In this document: piece after piece, positions 43,096 to 58,034 of the stretch | Layout: each line of letters begins with the position of its first letter | Position numbering within the stretch: position 1 is the first letter of the stretch | Assembly (NCBI RefSeq): GCF_036321535.1 | Contig: NC_087437.1 | Location: forward strand, 117,864,001 to 117,928,000 | From: Camelus dromedarius | Lineage: Eukaryota | Length of the DNA: 64,000 bases | Direction: 5' to 3' | Notes under the pieces: model-generated | Seen by the model: the letters and a program-made list of their open reading frames with translations, nothing else | What the model was told of the DNA's origin: nothing | Databases searched by the model: none | Made by a program: the position numbers and the translations under genes

Positions 43096-44439
43096 ATAGG
43101 TCCTTATTCTCTTTTATTATTTCATTTTCCAGATGTTCTGGCTTGATCTTGAACCTACAATTACTAGATCCCAGTTTCTTTAGACTTCCATCCAGCTTCC
43201 TTGTCCTCATAGGGAACATTCCCAGATTCTACATTACGTCAATGGCCACTCTTAGTTCCCGGTATTGTAAGAGTTTATCATCTGTGTAAATCCATAGCTA
43301 CTATAGGAGGTCACGTCGGAGGATACTAGTTACACATCATTTTAAGGCAGTTACTAGATGTGTATTTGTAATTCCATTTCTGCTGTCTCTGGCTACATTA
43401 GCACCGTCATCTCTCAGAAAAGAAAAAATAAAATGAAGCTTCTTGTCCTGAATGGAAACTGACATACGACAAATAAATCCGTGCTCCTCTGTCCCCTCTT
43501 TCTATTCAAGTGACAGGCTGTTTTGGAGATGAAAGCAGACATTATTTTCCCAGTGAGATCTGTGTGTCAGAAATCTTTCTCGCTGTCACTCTCTGATAAC
43601 CTGAACTCTTTCGACATCATTATGGATTATCAATATGCTTTTTAGGTCTCCCTCGTCACACGAGATGGTTGCCAAGGTAACCAGGCCTAGACAGGTAATC
43701 TCTCCCTTTTCTACAAAGAATCTAAAAATAGTGACTACGTGAGGACTACAGGGCATTGGCCCACTGGCTCTGTGCAAACTGATTACTTTCTGCACTTAAT
43801 TACTATATGTGCACCACAGTGTCAGGCTTCTAATCTGAGTGCCATGCCTTCAGCTAATTTCACCTCTGCTTTAAAACACTCACTGTCTGCAAAGAAATGC
43901 TTGAATCAAAATAAGGATGCTATTCTAAGCTTGCTTCTTCTTAAAAATTGGCTAAGGTTAAAAAAGTAAGAAGAGAAATCTCCTCTTAGCATCAAGACAT
44001 ACTTTAACTTATTTTCATACAAAAATGAATTTCTCTTTTTCCCCCTTTAGGTTATATGAAAGTCATGTAATTATTTTAATCAGCTGATAACAGATGAATT
44101 TTAAATTATATATAAAGACACAATTTCCAACAGCACATGCAAATATACAGATAAATGCTAGTTCAATTATCTGATGATAAACATGTATCTCTCAAATGAA
44201 TGTTACCTTGATAGCTTCTTTCCCTGGCTGATGATAGGCCTGAAGATGTAAGTTAAGAGAAGAAAACACGTAACATACCTAAACCCATGATGACACCCCC
44301 AGGGAATTCCTCAAAACTTCCAATCACCTACATCTGTGACAATTCGGACACAAACAGGGACAACCCTACAACCCAAATGCCATTTTTCACTCCACCGAGC
44401 ACTGCACTGAAGTGCTGCTCTGCATTTTGCCTCTAAAGC

Positions 44440-44612
44440 TGTGTTTCTCAATGAGGGACATCTGGCAATGTCTAGGACATTTTTGGTTGTCACGACTGGA
44501 GGGTGGGTACTGCCAGCATCTGGTGAGCAGAGGCCAGAGACACTGCTAAACATCCTACGGTGCATGAAGCAGCCCCCAAGCCAAGCATCACTGACAGACC
44601 CTGGTCTAGAGA
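44440..44612. mobile_element. MER20 hAT-Charlie MITE
   Basis: ggacatctggcaatgtctaggacatttttggttgtcacgactgg...gaggccagagacactgctaaacatcctac. Confidence 0.85.
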
Positions 44613-44951
44613 ATAATGAACTGTCAACCCAACCGTGAGTCTCGAGTTTCTTAGGCCTATATCTTGACAGGTAACTTCAAACACGTGAGTAGGCAACATT
44701 TATGTTACTGAACTTTTATGTTAAACCACATTCCTTATGTTACTTCTACCCTGGACAAATTTCACTTCACCAGAATTTATTCTTTAATCTGCCCGATTTA
44801 GTTTGAAAAACTAGGGTAGAGTCATTAGCTGGTCAGATGGATGGAAACCTTAAAACTGAGTTATGAGCAATGCTTCACCCTTCACTCTTCCTTTTGGGTG
44901 CTCTGGGTTTGGGTTCTTTTTCAGCTGAACCCTGTAACAAGGCCCACTGAC

Positions 44952-45227
44952 CTTCAAGGACCACCTGCACATAGTCTTGAGCGGACAGCTTATCCTTGCG
45001 CACAAAGCACTGGTACGCGCCCCCGTCACTTCTGACCATGTGATCCATTATAAGGTTTTCGTGGTTGATCCCTGTGATCCTCACATTTTTTCCAGGGTTG
45101 AGGATTTCACCGTTTCGGTACCAGGAGAGTTCCTGGTCCTCACTTCCTGTCACGCTGCAGGACAAGGAGACCTGGCTGCCCACGCTGCTTTTAACCTTCC
45201 TGGGGCTGATGGTAGCTTTCAGCGGCT
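44952..45227 (-). CDS. DSCAM: DSCAM exon 6 (276 bp), Ig4
   Basis: Acceptor CTCCAG|AGCCG, donor GAAG|GTCAGT. Encodes (Q)[27 protein letters not shown]...WYRNG...[21 protein letters not shown]. Confidence 0.97.
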
Positions 45228-45809
45228 CTGGAGTTTTTGGTAAAAGAAGAGAAAAAGGTAAAAAACATCACGTATGTAGAGACTGTTTCGACCACAGGGT
45301 GGACTTCTGACAAGACAAACGCATCGTGGCAAGCACACCTCATAATTTCGTATTTCAGTAGTATTTCATGGGGCACCATTTTGCTTGGGAACGCTCTCAC
45401 TCCTATTTGTCTTTTTTTTTTTTTTTTTACTGGCCTTCTTTCTTTCTCTGTGTAGCGAATAGACTGCTGTTGGTCAAATCTCTTTCTCATCAAATCAATG
45501 TGAGTGTTAATCCACTGACAATGAGAAATGCAATGTGCTGGTTATCGGCAAGGACAGAAATATTTGAGTATTTCAATCCTATTTGCCTGGTCCCCCAATG
45601 TGACACTGATGGGTTTGCTCTGGGCTGTTCTCTCACACATATATACTCACTCACATCCCCTATGTGGCTTAACCAGGGTCCATGACACAGCTGTAAGAAA
45701 GCAGGCTGATATTATAATTTGCAACCATGAAACAGGATATTTTTCTTTAAAATGAAGCTAACTGCTTTGGACAGTGTTGTTAACTCTCATCCTTGACTTC
45801 TTATGTTTT

Positions 45810-46950
45810 CATTCAACAAACCCAATTCAATGCAGTAAGCATTTATTGAACATCTACTGTATGCCAAGGACGGGGTTAAACTCACAGGTGAGACAAAGAT
45901 GAATAACTCTTGTATGCAGCTAGCATGTGTCATAAAGTTACCAAGTATCCCCTGTACATTATTTAAGTCAGTCTTCCCACAGTCCTGTGAGTTTTGTATT
46001 ATCTCCATTTTACAGATGAAGAAATGGTTATTCAGAGAGATTAATTAATTTAACCAAATCCATTCAACATGTAGATGGCAAAAACCAGCTGTTTACCCCA
46101 ATGGTTACTGACTTCTCATGTCACCACACTGTGAAGTCTTTAAGGAGCTCAGTCTTGTAAGTGGGTAAGACAAATATGAAAGCGAAGGATAGTAACCAAA
46201 AGGGTCCATGAGAGGTGTACAATCTGTGCAAGAGGATCAAAAGAAAGTCCTCAGACATCAAGGACGGACAGAGCCGAGGCCAGTGGGAGTGCAGAGCGCA
46301 CGGCGTGCAGAGCAGGGACCGCATGAATTAGAGCACGAAGCAGAGCCATGTCTTAGGAAGAGCTCTGCATCAGTCTGGATGCAACACAGGGTCTCTGAAG
46401 GAGACCAGCGGGAGAAAAATGACAAAGGCAGTCTGGGACAATCCTGCAAAGGGCTTTGAGATTTTGGAATCAAATCAGAGGGAACTAAAGAAAGCTCTCC
46501 AGAATTTTTAGCAAGTTAGCACCATAGGCAAACACACTTTTAGGAGAATCGACTGATCATATTGCGTTGGACAGGTGAGAGTGGGGAAACTGGTCAGCAA
46601 AGGGGCAGTGCCGACGTCCAGTTGTGGCGCAGTTAAAACCTGACCTCGGACCGGGCAGAGGTGGAGAGCACAGCTGAGGAGCGCTGTGAGGCACAGCCTC
46701 TAGGTCGTGGCAGGATGTGGTTGCAGAAAGGAAAGTCTGAAAGGGGATCCAGGACTTAAAGCCTGCATCTGGAGGATTCGAGGGTGGGAGAGGTCTAGAA
46801 CACCAAGAGCCATTTGCAAGGTGGAGACTGATGGTGGAGAACAGTTTGGGACATTGTTCTTCAGAAGTGCCAGCTAAACATCAGATATAAAATTGGGAGA
46901 CATAGTCATTTGACACTCAACACGGAAGCTCAGGCTAAGCCCGCAAATTC
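45810..46950 (-). mobile_element. L2 fragments with an interposed MIR (45960-46110)
   Basis: ttcattcaacaaa...catttattgaacatctactgtatgccaagg is an L2 3' end. ccattttacagatgaagaaa is MIR core. Purine-rich L2 text follows. Confidence 0.55.
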
Positions 46951-48489
46951 AAGGCTGTTTTCAGAGGGGAGGAATTCGAAGCCCTAAAATAAAAGAGCAC
47001 CAGAAGAAAAGAGAAGAGATAGAAGAGAAGGCGGTTCTGAATTTGGAACCCAAGAGCATGCTTTCCTCCTAGAGAAGAGACCAAACAAAGGAGCAATCAG
47101 AAGGGGGAGGGGGGACATGAGAGAATCATCTAGAACTTCGCTGGATGTGGCAGAAGAGTACAAAGATGAAAACAAGCACCGCCAGAAAGAAAACCTTTCC
47201 ACTGATAACTCTTAAAATGTAGACAGTGATAAATGCTTTCAGAGAGAAAGCCACAGGATGCTCTGAGGGTTGAGCAGTAAATAGGAGGACAGTGGGGAAC
47301 GTTTGGGGAAGGAGGCGTTGCATTTAACTTAGATGGGACATTTTAGACATTCAAGTACTTGAAAACCATCTTCCATATGGAGAGAGCAGCATGGCCTGCG
47401 ATTAGAGAAGGAATGGGTTTATATGGGGAAAAGGAAGAAGTTAGATTTTGCGGGAATGGGTTTTTTTTGAAGTAAAACTCTGGGAAATATGACCCTACAG
47501 GTTTACATGAGATGCTTTCCATACTATCCTAAGTTATCAACTTCATTCAACAGAAACCGGGGAGCCATGAAAGGTGGTTCTGATCCTGCCTGTTGGAACA
47601 CTTCTTCCTAGCCGCCCAGTGCTGCGCTGCTTCGCCTGCAAACCACAGAAATACAACCGTGCAGATGTTATCCTCTGGCTCCTTCTCATCCCACCCAGCC
47701 TGAGCTTGTCTGAACGACACTTGCAGGACTGAGCGTGGGCAGCACGTCCCAGGCAGGCACTGGGATACTTGCTCTGAATGTATTCACTTGGCTGGTGCTG
47801 TGCTTAAGCAGTCTATACCCCCGGTGACACTGACGAGTCAGTTCCACAAGAGGCAGAAGGCTGGAAAAAAGCCAGGGTAAGGAAATGCCTCCCTTTTCAA
47901 TGCTAGACTCTGGTATTCAGTTTGCTTAGGTTAGTTCATCAGATTTTTACACATATGCACATAAATATATATGACATCATACTGGCAACTAAGAGGCATG
48001 TATTTTGACCTAAGTTCTGCGACTCATTTCTGGCCATGTGATCACTTTGATTTGGTTTCTAAGTAAGTAAAATTAAGCCTGTTTAGCCAGAGTCCTTCCT
48101 TCCAGTCCACCTTCGGCAGTCTTCTCAACACCCTCCTCAAGTCAGTCACTCCAAGTCAACTGGAGATGACACATATCCAGCATACTTGGCTAAATGATCA
48201 ATAATATTGAGTCCAAGTCCAATATTTGGGTAATTATAGCCCTATATACAGCCCTATCTATAGCTAATAATGGCCCCACTTAGGAATTTAAAGTAGCGTC
48301 TGGAAACAGGCAAGGACAACTCCTTGGACCTGACTGCCATCGCTTATGTGGACAGCACAGTCCTGCCCCTCTTCCTACATCAATTTTTAGACAGGCTGAC
48401 TGTCCTGAATTCAACAGCTCGGTACTGTCGTCTTCGAAATGTATCCTGCGTCTTAATGGAAATCTTGGATGTTTGGGATTAGACAGACC

Positions 48490-48610
48490 TGAAGTCACCC
48501 TAAGCTCCGAGTCTCCAGCCGTGTAACCTTGAGCAATTTGAGCCTCAATTTCTTCATCTGCAAAATGGGGCTGAGATGAGCCTCAACAGGACTGTTGTGA
48601 GGGTTCGTGG
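48490..48610. mobile_element. MIR SINE
   Basis: gtgtaaccttgagcaa...gagcctcaatttcttcatctgcaaaatgggg...gttgtgaggg. Confidence 0.7.
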
Positions 48611-48674
48611 GGGCTGCAGAGAAAGCCCAGAGGTCGTTCTGAAGCAAGAGCTCCACCAGGGGCAACCAGCATCA

Positions 48675-49007
<333 letters not shown>

Positions 49008-49194
49008 TTAGATATGATGCATGAGTTAAAGTAGTCATGCAGAATCATAGGGCTGTCTATATAATTCAAATTCCATGTATCAGACCAACTACTGATGCAG
49101 ATCTTTCAGGTTTTAGATACCTATGAACAGAAAAAAAAAAGACCTATTCATGTAAATTTCTTCCCCTCAGAATTTGCAGAAAGTTGAAGCAGAT

Positions 49195-49990
49195 GTATCA
49201 CCAAAGGAGGTATACAAACGACGAATAAGCACATGGAAAGATGCTCAGTATCATTAGCCACTAGGGTAATGCAATGAAAAACACTATGACAGCTACCTCA
49301 CACCTATAAAAAACACAAACAATAACAAGGGCTCGTGAGGATGCGGAGAAGAAACTGGAACCTTCACACACTGCTGATGGGAATATAAAATGGTGCAGCC
49401 ACTTTGGACAAGAATTTGGCAGTTTCTTAAAATGTTAAGCTTCAGTTTACCTTAAGGGCCCAAAGCTCCACTCGTAGGTACCTACCCTAGACCTAAATGA
49501 AAACCTATGTCCACTCAAAGACTTGTTCACAAATGTTCATAGTGGGATTATTCATAACAGCCAAAAAGTGGAAATAGTCCAAAAGGCCACTATTTAGTGA
49601 ATGGATAAGCAAAATGTGAATACACACACATACTACTCAGCATGCAAAAGAGTGAACCACTGACACATAGTACAACATGGATGGACCTCAAAAGATGATG
49701 TTTGGTGAAAGAAGCTAGATGCAGAGCCCCGTATTGTAGGATTTGATTTATATGAAACATGAAGAAAATGCAAATCTATAGAGACAGATGGTAGGTTAAT
49801 AGTTGCCTAGAGCTGGGATTGAACTGACTGTTGCGAATGGGCAGCAGCAATCTTTCTGGCTGATAAAAATGTTCTAAAATTGGATTACAGCGATAGTTGC
49901 AAACTCTATACATTTACTAAAATCATTGAATAGTTTGTGTAAAATGAGTGAAGTGTATGTTTGGTAAACTGCATCTCAATAAAACTATTT
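49195..49990 (+). mobile_element. L1MB/L1MC-type 3' fragment
   Basis: aataagcacatggaaagatgctca...tggtgcagccactttgga...aatgttctaaaattggatt...atctcaataaaact. Confidence 0.85.
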
Positions 49991-50147
49991 TACAAGAAAA
50001 GAATGGGGCATTTCTTTTACATTTTATTTATTTATTTATATAAGGATTTTTATTTTTTGTTTAATTTGCTTTTATTTGATGATCACATTTATTGTACATT
50101 TTTATTTCTTGTTTATAATTGTCTCTTCATGCCAATAGCCTTTGGTT

Positions 50148-50337
50148 CTTTTTTTGTTTTCTGTTTTTTTTTTATTGAATTATAGTCATTTTACAATGTT
50201 GTGTCAAATTCCAGTGTAGAGCACAATTTTTCAGTTATACATGAACATACATGTATTCATCGTCACATGTTTTTTCGCTGTGAGCTACCACAAGATCTTG
50301 CATCTATTTCCCTGTGCTATACAGTATAATCTTGTTT
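50148..50337 (-). mobile_element. Young L1 3' end (~170 bp + poly-A), same family as the L1 at 4552-7614
   Basis: Reverse complement aligns to 7423-7590 with about a dozen differences by eye. Confidence 0.9.
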
Positions 50338-50874
50338 ATTTTTTAAATAGACAATGTAAGCAATGCTTGAGACATGCTCTCATGGGGATATGTGGTCAGA
50401 CATAGAATTAGTACAACCACACAACACTGGATTTAATTTCCATGTTTTGTCTTCAAACTTTTAAGCTACACTTTCAAAAATTAGCTTTTATCATAAAAAT
50501 TTGCAAACTCACACAGAAGTAGAGGAAATAATATAATGCATCCCATATATTTATCGGCCAGATGCAGCAGGAATCACAGCATGTTTAACTGTCGCCTGCG
50601 TCTCTGCAGTCTGTGCTTTTGGTGCTAACACGCTTGTCAAGTCATAGAATCTACGTTATTTTCTCATGAATCATTAGTATGTTTCTCTGATGGAAATTAG
50701 ATTTTTCTTACATAACCACAATGTCAGTATCACACAAGAATAGTAATAACCTTTTGGTATCATCTATTATCTACTCCATACTCATTTTTTTCCTTATAAA
50801 AAGTCATATTTTTATTTTTACAACTCATCTAATTAAATCAGAATTGTTCTACAGTTAACATTTAGTTATGCCTC

Positions 50875-52186
50875 CTTTTTAAATGTTTTTCAGCTTTATT
50901 GAGGTATAACTGGCAAAAATTATATGCACTTAAGGTGTACAATGTGATGGCTTCATATAAATATAAATTTTGAAATGATCACCACAGTCAAGTTAATTAG
51001 CATCCACTATCTCACATAGTTACCTTTTTTTTTTCTTTTCATCCCCTGACCTCCCTCCCCTCTGACAGCCACCCATTTATTTTCTGTACTGATGAATCTG
51101 GTTGTTTTGTTATTCACTTGTTTTAGATTTCACATATAAGTGAAATCATACAATATTTGTCTTTGTCTGACTTTTTCATTTAGCATAATGCCCTCTATGT
51201 CCATCCATGTTGTCACAAATGGCAAGATTTCACTTTTTATGGCTGAATAATATTTCATTGTATATTTATATCACATCTTCTTTATCCATTCATCTATTGA
51301 TGGACACTTAGGTTGCTTTCATATCTTGGCTAGTGGAAATAATGTTGCAATGAATATAGGGGCGCATATATCTTTTCAAATTAATGTTTCTGTTTTCTTC
51401 TGATAAATACTCAGACATGGAGATGCTGGATCATACGGCAGTTCTATTTTAAATTCTTTGAAAAATCTCCATACTCTTTTCTACGGTGGCTGTTCAGTGC
51501 ATGATGGTTCCTATTTTCCACATTCTTGCCAACATTTGTCTTTTTGATAATAGCCACTCTGACAGGTAGGTGTGTAGTGATATCTCTTTGTGGTTTTCAT
51601 TTGCATTTTCCTGATGACGAGTCTGCTGAGCATCTTTTTATGTGCCTGTTGGCCATCTGTATTACCTTCTTTGGAAAACTGTCTATTCAGTTCCTCCACC
51701 TATTTTTAATTGAGTTGTTTTCTTGATGTTGAGTTGTATTAGCTTTTGTATATTTTGGATATTAATCCCTTATCATGTAACTTCTTTTTCATTTCTGATT
51801 TTATTGATTTGGGCCCTCTCCCTTTTTTTTTTTTGATAAGTCTGGCTAAAGGTTTATCAGTTTTGCTTATATCCTCCCTTTGTCTGTGTGTGCCTGTAGG
51901 TCTGAAGTGAGTCTTGCAGGCAGCATATACCTGAGTCTTTTCTTATCCACTGGGCCACTCAATGTCTTTTGATTAGAGGTGGTCAATTTACATTTAAAGA
52001 AATTATTGATAGGTATATATTTATTGCCATTTTGTTCACTGTTTTCTGGTTGTTTTGTTCTTTTTTGTTCCTTTCTTCTTTTCATGCTTGCTTCCCTTGT
52101 GATTTGATGACTATCTTTAGTGTTATGTTTGGTTTGCTTTCTCTTTATCTGTTTACCTATTACAGATTTCAGTTTGTGGTTATCAT

Positions 52187-52228
<42 letters not shown>

Positions 52229-53930
52229 CATATGATTATTTTAAGTTGACGATCTCTTAAGCTGGAACACATTCTAACAACCTTGCAGTTTTACCTCCTC
52301 CTGTTTAACATATTTGACTTTATCTTTTACATCTTTCTGTTTTCTGTATCCCCAGCCACGTATTGTGGGTATAAGTGACCTTGTTGCTTTCATCTTTTAA
52401 CCTGTTTACTGGCTTGATAAGTAGTTGATCTACTGCCTTTACCGTACGTTTGCCTTTACAAACGAGTTTTCTCCTTTCATAATTTTCATATTTGCAGGTG
52501 TGGTCTATTCTCTTTTGCTTAGAGAAATCCCTTTTTCATTCCTTGTAAAATATGTTTAGTGGTGCCTTAAATCTTTTAGCTTTTGCTTGTCTGTAAACCT
52601 CTCTATCTCACCTTCGTAGAGTATTCTTGGTTTCTTTCCTTTCATCACTTTAAATGTATCATTCCACTCCTTTCTGGCCTGCAAAGTTTCTGCTGTAAAG
52701 TCAGCTGACATTCTTATGGGAGTTTCTTTGTACTTAACTGTTCCCTTTCCCTAGCTATGTTGAAGATTCTTGCTTTATCTTTAATTTTTGCCCTTTTAAT
52801 TGCAGTCTGTCTTGGTGTGGCTCTGTGATTCATCTTGTTTGGGACTCTCTGTGCTTCCTGGACCTGGATATGTGTTTACTTTCTCTAGATTGGGACGTTT
52901 TCAGCTATTATTCCTTCAAATAAATGGTCTTCCTCTTTCTCTCTTCTCCTGGAAGCCCTATCATGACAAAGTTAGTATGCTTGATGCTGTCCCAGAGGTC
53001 TCTTAAGCTCTCTTCATTTTTAAATTCTTTTTTCTTTTTTCAGCTTAGCTTCAGTGATTTCCACTGTCTCCCAGTTCGCTGATCTGTTCCCCTGTATCAT
53101 CTAATCTACTGCTGATTCCTTCAGTGTGTTGTCATTTCGGGTGCTGTGTTCTTTAGCCCTGTTCGGCTCTTCTTCACATTTTCTAGCTCTTTGTTAGACT
53201 TCCCTAGGGGCTCATCCATTCTGCTCTTGAGTTTGCTGAGCATCTTTATGATCATTATCTTTAGCTCCTTATTAGTAGATTGTTACCCCCACTTCACTTA
53301 GTTCTTTTTCTGGGACTTTATCTTGTACTTTTGTTTGCAATATATTCATCAGGTGCTTCATTTTGCCTAATTCTCTGTTTCTGTTCCTATGTGTTAGGTA
53401 GGTCAGTTACATTTCCTGATCTTGGGAAAGTGGCCTTATGTAGGAGACGTCCTGTGGGTCCCAGCAGCATGCTCCTCTGGTCACCAGAGCTGTATACTCT
53501 AAGAGGCCTCCCCTGTGTGGGCTGCGTGGGCCCTCTGCTGTGCTGGGGCTGACTGCTGTGGGCGCACTGGGAGGCAGGGTCAGATCGCAACCTGGCTGGC
53601 TGGCAAGCCCTACCTCGTACAGAGCCTGCTGCCCCCCTGGTGGGTGGGTTTGGGTCTCCATGCAGCTGGCTGCTAGCCTTGGGGGCGGGGTAAGCTTCCA
53701 GCAGTAAGACGCAAAAGGGAGAACTCTAAAATGGCATTTGCCAGCACTAGTGTCCGTGTGGTAGAATGAGGTCTGCTGCCACCAGCATCTGTACCCCAGG
53801 GGGAGTCCCATGTGCCTGCTGCCTCTGCAGGAGGGTCTCCAAGATCAGCAAGTGGGTCTCATCCAGGTTCCTTTCAAATTACGGCCTCTCGCAGGTCTCA
53901 GTGGGTGAGCCCTGTAAGAGTCCTACTTAG
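50875..53930 (-). mobile_element. LINE-1 with 3'UTR, ORF2 ends, ORF1 and 5' region; most of ORF2 deleted; (TG)n at 52189-52225
   Basis: 3'UTR and ORF2 C-terminus at 50875-51775, a short internal ORF2 patch at 51780-51870, ORF2 start at ~51870-52030, ORF1 antisense text at 52500-53400, GC-rich 5' part at 53400-53930. Confidence 0.8.
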
Positions 53931-55835
53931 CCCTCCAGCTCTACGGTCTCATTCCTCCAGCACGAACTATCTCCTCCCTCAATTACTTCATTAAGACTTC
54001 TGTGACAGAAGCCATCAGAGTTATGTGTCACATGCAATGGAATCTCTTTTGGAGCCTTTTGATTACGTGTGATTGACCGCTTCCTTCTCCTCACAACTAT
54101 CAAGTGCACCTTCAACCCCAGATGTTCGGTCTTACTCTGTCTCTCCTCTTCTGCTGTGTCTAAGTGTGTGATACTCCCTCATTAGGTTATGCTCTGATGC
54201 CCCTCACTTCTCCTCACAAATGCTCACGAGGCTATTGGACTCCCACCACTTCCATGGTGACCCAGTGGTCATGAGTCCTGCTGCCTGTGTTTTTGAAACA
54301 TCAGTGAGAACATCATTCTTAAAATTTTTTAAGTAAATAAATAAATAATAACCCTAGGTTTAAGAAAAGCAAATACTCCTTTCCAACTCTGAGAGTTAAA
54401 CCAGTACTAATTTAGAGTAGAGATACACAAGGTTATCTTTCTGGGTTTCTCACTTTTTTTTTTAAAGGTTTTCTCTTTCTTTTCAGGTTTCTCTTTAGAG
54501 AAGGATGAGCTCCCGGATTATCATCACTTGGCTCACTTTTTTTTTGGGATGGAGAAATGATTATTTGCTTTTTTTGTGAAGTCCAAATTAATCTTATATC
54601 CAGCTCCATCACACCCCCTGAAGCCTTCTCCTTTCTTGTCTCAATATTGTCATGAAGCTCCCCTTCAATGCAAGCAAGACCTTTCCTTGGTTATTCTGAA
54701 CAAGTAGACCATTGTGCTGTCATTAAAGCTGCTACAGAGTAGATGGCAGATGCCATCCACTTTCTAATTCATCTTCTCTACAGTTTTTTCTTAACTGAGC
54801 ATATTTTCACTGCTGAGTACTCTTGCCCTTAACAGAGCCAACAAGACGTAACTGTAACACAAGGGATAAAGTAACACTTGACTTGAAAAAGAACAGGTAA
54901 AGAAAAAGCGCTTTCAGGCTCAGAGGGTAAATCACTTACTTCTGACTTACGTTGTGCCACACCTTAAAAGACAGGTGGGTGTTGCCTGTTTTAAAGACTT
55001 AAATAGGGAGGAGGAACCCAGGCAGAGCGCTATGAAGAGCAGTAAGTGGCTGTTCCGAGGGCAATGTTTTAACTGCCCCAACGTTTAACAACTTCCCATC
55101 ACTTCTTCCTCACAAAACATCACTATAATTGAAATAGATATTCATCACATGGATCAATTTAGGGCAAAGGTCATATATTTTGCACTTGATTTCTAGTACT
55201 GAGATGGTCATGTCATGCTTTTCAACTGCTGCATGAAGTGCTAATGCATCACTGTGTGAATGGATTGCTGATTTGTTCACAGATGGGCCAAAAGCAAGTA
55301 GACTGCAGAGACTGTGTGCAAGGTCAGTATTTTCTCAACGTCGAAGTCTCATTAACAAGGGCACAAAACTGATGTATTTATCAGAGTGGAATAAACTGCT
55401 CTGGGGTTTCCTTCACTTGAGAATAATCCTGGAAGGGGGTGAGAGGGTGTGAACATTCCCTTAACTTTAAATGTGGACAATCTCCCTGCTGCTGTTAGAC
55501 ACAGTATAGAAGAGCAGGTGGTGTGTTCTGTGTGCCTCTGTTCTGCCCCCTCAGAGCTGTGGGTGGTCTGAAGCATCATGAAGCTGGCTGCTGTTGCCAG
55601 TGACAGAAGATACAAATTATACAAGGAAGCATTGTCAATAAAATAGAAATCATATTGGGTCAAAGGAACTCAGAATTCTACAAAATGTAAAATTACTTCA
55701 TTTGGAATATCTATTTTTGCATTGTATTATATTGTATTATATCAGTATTTAGTACTTTAAAAAATCTCACGTTGCTGAAATGTTTTGGGAAAAAAAAAGG
55801 CTTCATTTTAGTCATGAATTCTATAATTTTGATTA

Positions 55836-56066
<231 letters not shown>

Positions 56067-58034
56067 TTACCCAATTAAAATAGAACAAAAGCAACCCAGT
56101 GATATAAACAAAGTCACTGCAGAGTGTTTCTTTATGTGAAGGAAACTCACGCTAAGGCAAATAATAGGTGTACGTGTTCAGTAAGGATTCAAGCTATATT
56201 AATTTTTCAACTATCCTAAATTAGGAGTTTTAGTAAGTGTGCTACACAATAAATCATATCCTTGTAAAACCCAATCTCATGAATTAATTTTTCAGGTCAT
56301 GGATTTATTTAACACCAACAAAGCTGACGTATAATTGGTATGTAGCTGATTTAGCAGATTTTCTTTGATCATCGCTTTTCTCTTAGAATGTGACAAATTA
56401 AAGGAATATTAACTTCCAGTTGTAAGTTCCTACCTCAGGTAAGTATAAACTTTTGCCTCAATTTGAAGTATTTCAATAAAAACACAAAAATGTTAGATTA
56501 TAAAGCAATAAAATACTCCACGAACTTCCAGGAAAGATGGTCTTATCTTCTCAGTAATAACCAACACCTACCTCCATATTCTAAGATAAAGATCAATTCC
56601 GCCTATATTCAATGTTTTAGAGAATCCTGATATTTCCTAATTACTACTCAATTAATGATGACAACATTTTCACCTTGGGGAGAAAAAGTCATACTCAGCC
56701 GTTTCTCCTTCATATCAGCGCAGGACACAATGTGCTCACTATGACCTGTGATTTTTGCCTGGACATCTCTAGTTGTACAGAAATGGCCAACATTAAGAGA
56801 TCAAATACCAGTGTTACTTGAAGAAGAATAAAGAGGATTTTTCCTTTGAAAATGTAAATATCTAAAGGTAATTTTTCACTGTTCAATTATAATTTGATGA
56901 TAAATCAAATAAAAGCAGCCCAGGTGAGTTGTAGCACCTACATCGTAGGTAACTCAAAATACTTTCTGCCACTGTTAGACTTTTCCTATTTCCTATGGAA
57001 TTTCCTATGGAATATTCCTGCATCTGATGCAATTCTACTGGAAAGATAACGTGATTTTTGTCTCTTTGGGAAAAGACTAAATTGCCAAAAATTCACCTCC
57101 TTTTATTGTTTGTTTTCCTTAGGTTCATTTGAAACATCCTTTGGTTTATTTTCATCAGAATTTGCCAGGAGTCTTGACTTCATTAATTTTAGGTCTCAGA
57201 TATTTAGGTTGTGAACACAGTTCTTACAGCCCTGTTATTTCTTGTAAGAACTATATTCCATTCATAGATCAGATGCTCAGATAAGATAAAAATGGCTTAT
57301 TATTCTTACATAATACAAAAACAATTCAATAGACATGAATAACTGAAAAATCATAAAACAAATACTGATCTAGCATAAGCTTTTCAAAAGAACACCAGTT
57401 AATTACTAAAGTATATAAAATATCTTTAAGTAATAAATTTACTTTTTAAATAATTATACTTAGTTACTTATTTTAAAATAGGCTACAAATATGCTAAATA
57501 TTAGAATAGCTGCAAAAGTGAATGCTTTTTCTAGATATTTTTGCTTTATCTTTTCCTCCAAAAGAAACTAAAAATACCTTTACCACTTGTCATATGTCAT
57601 CATATGCCAAGCATTTCTTACCAGTATATATTGTAATTGAAACAGTTTTCTCCTTTCATATATTTTGCATACTTACATAATGCTGTAATAGCCAGTTCCT
57701 TTAAAGTGCAGAGTGATAGACAGAAAAGAAGGACAGAAAACATACTGTATTAACACCTGTCACCTCTCTAACATGGAGCATCTTCATGAGAATTGGCAGG
57801 CCATCAGCAGTGGTGGAATGTGAGTGACAGCATCCGTGCCCCATTTTTCACAAGTGTCCAGAGATGCACAGCACAGGGTTGCAGCCGCAGCCTACACTCA
57901 GGACTGCTCATCCCTGCCAGGGCTCCAGTCTTGGGGCACATTTAATTTAATCACTCACATTGCTCCTGTAATATCTGACTTCTTTTTACCCACTTAGCAT
58001 GCTAAATAAGACTCTCTTAAGACCTGCTGTTTCA

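Noticed and set aside
45222..45260. Exon 6 acceptor with an A-run before CAG and a second AG 2 nt downstream (CAG|AG)
   Set aside because: Not an in-frame NAGNAG. A good pyrimidine tract lies just upstream, and there is no evidence of alternative use.
56989..57012. 12-bp micro-duplication TTTCCTATGGAA x2 (similar ones at 55721-55742 and 21947-21977)
   Set aside because: Ordinary slippage products with no evidence of function.
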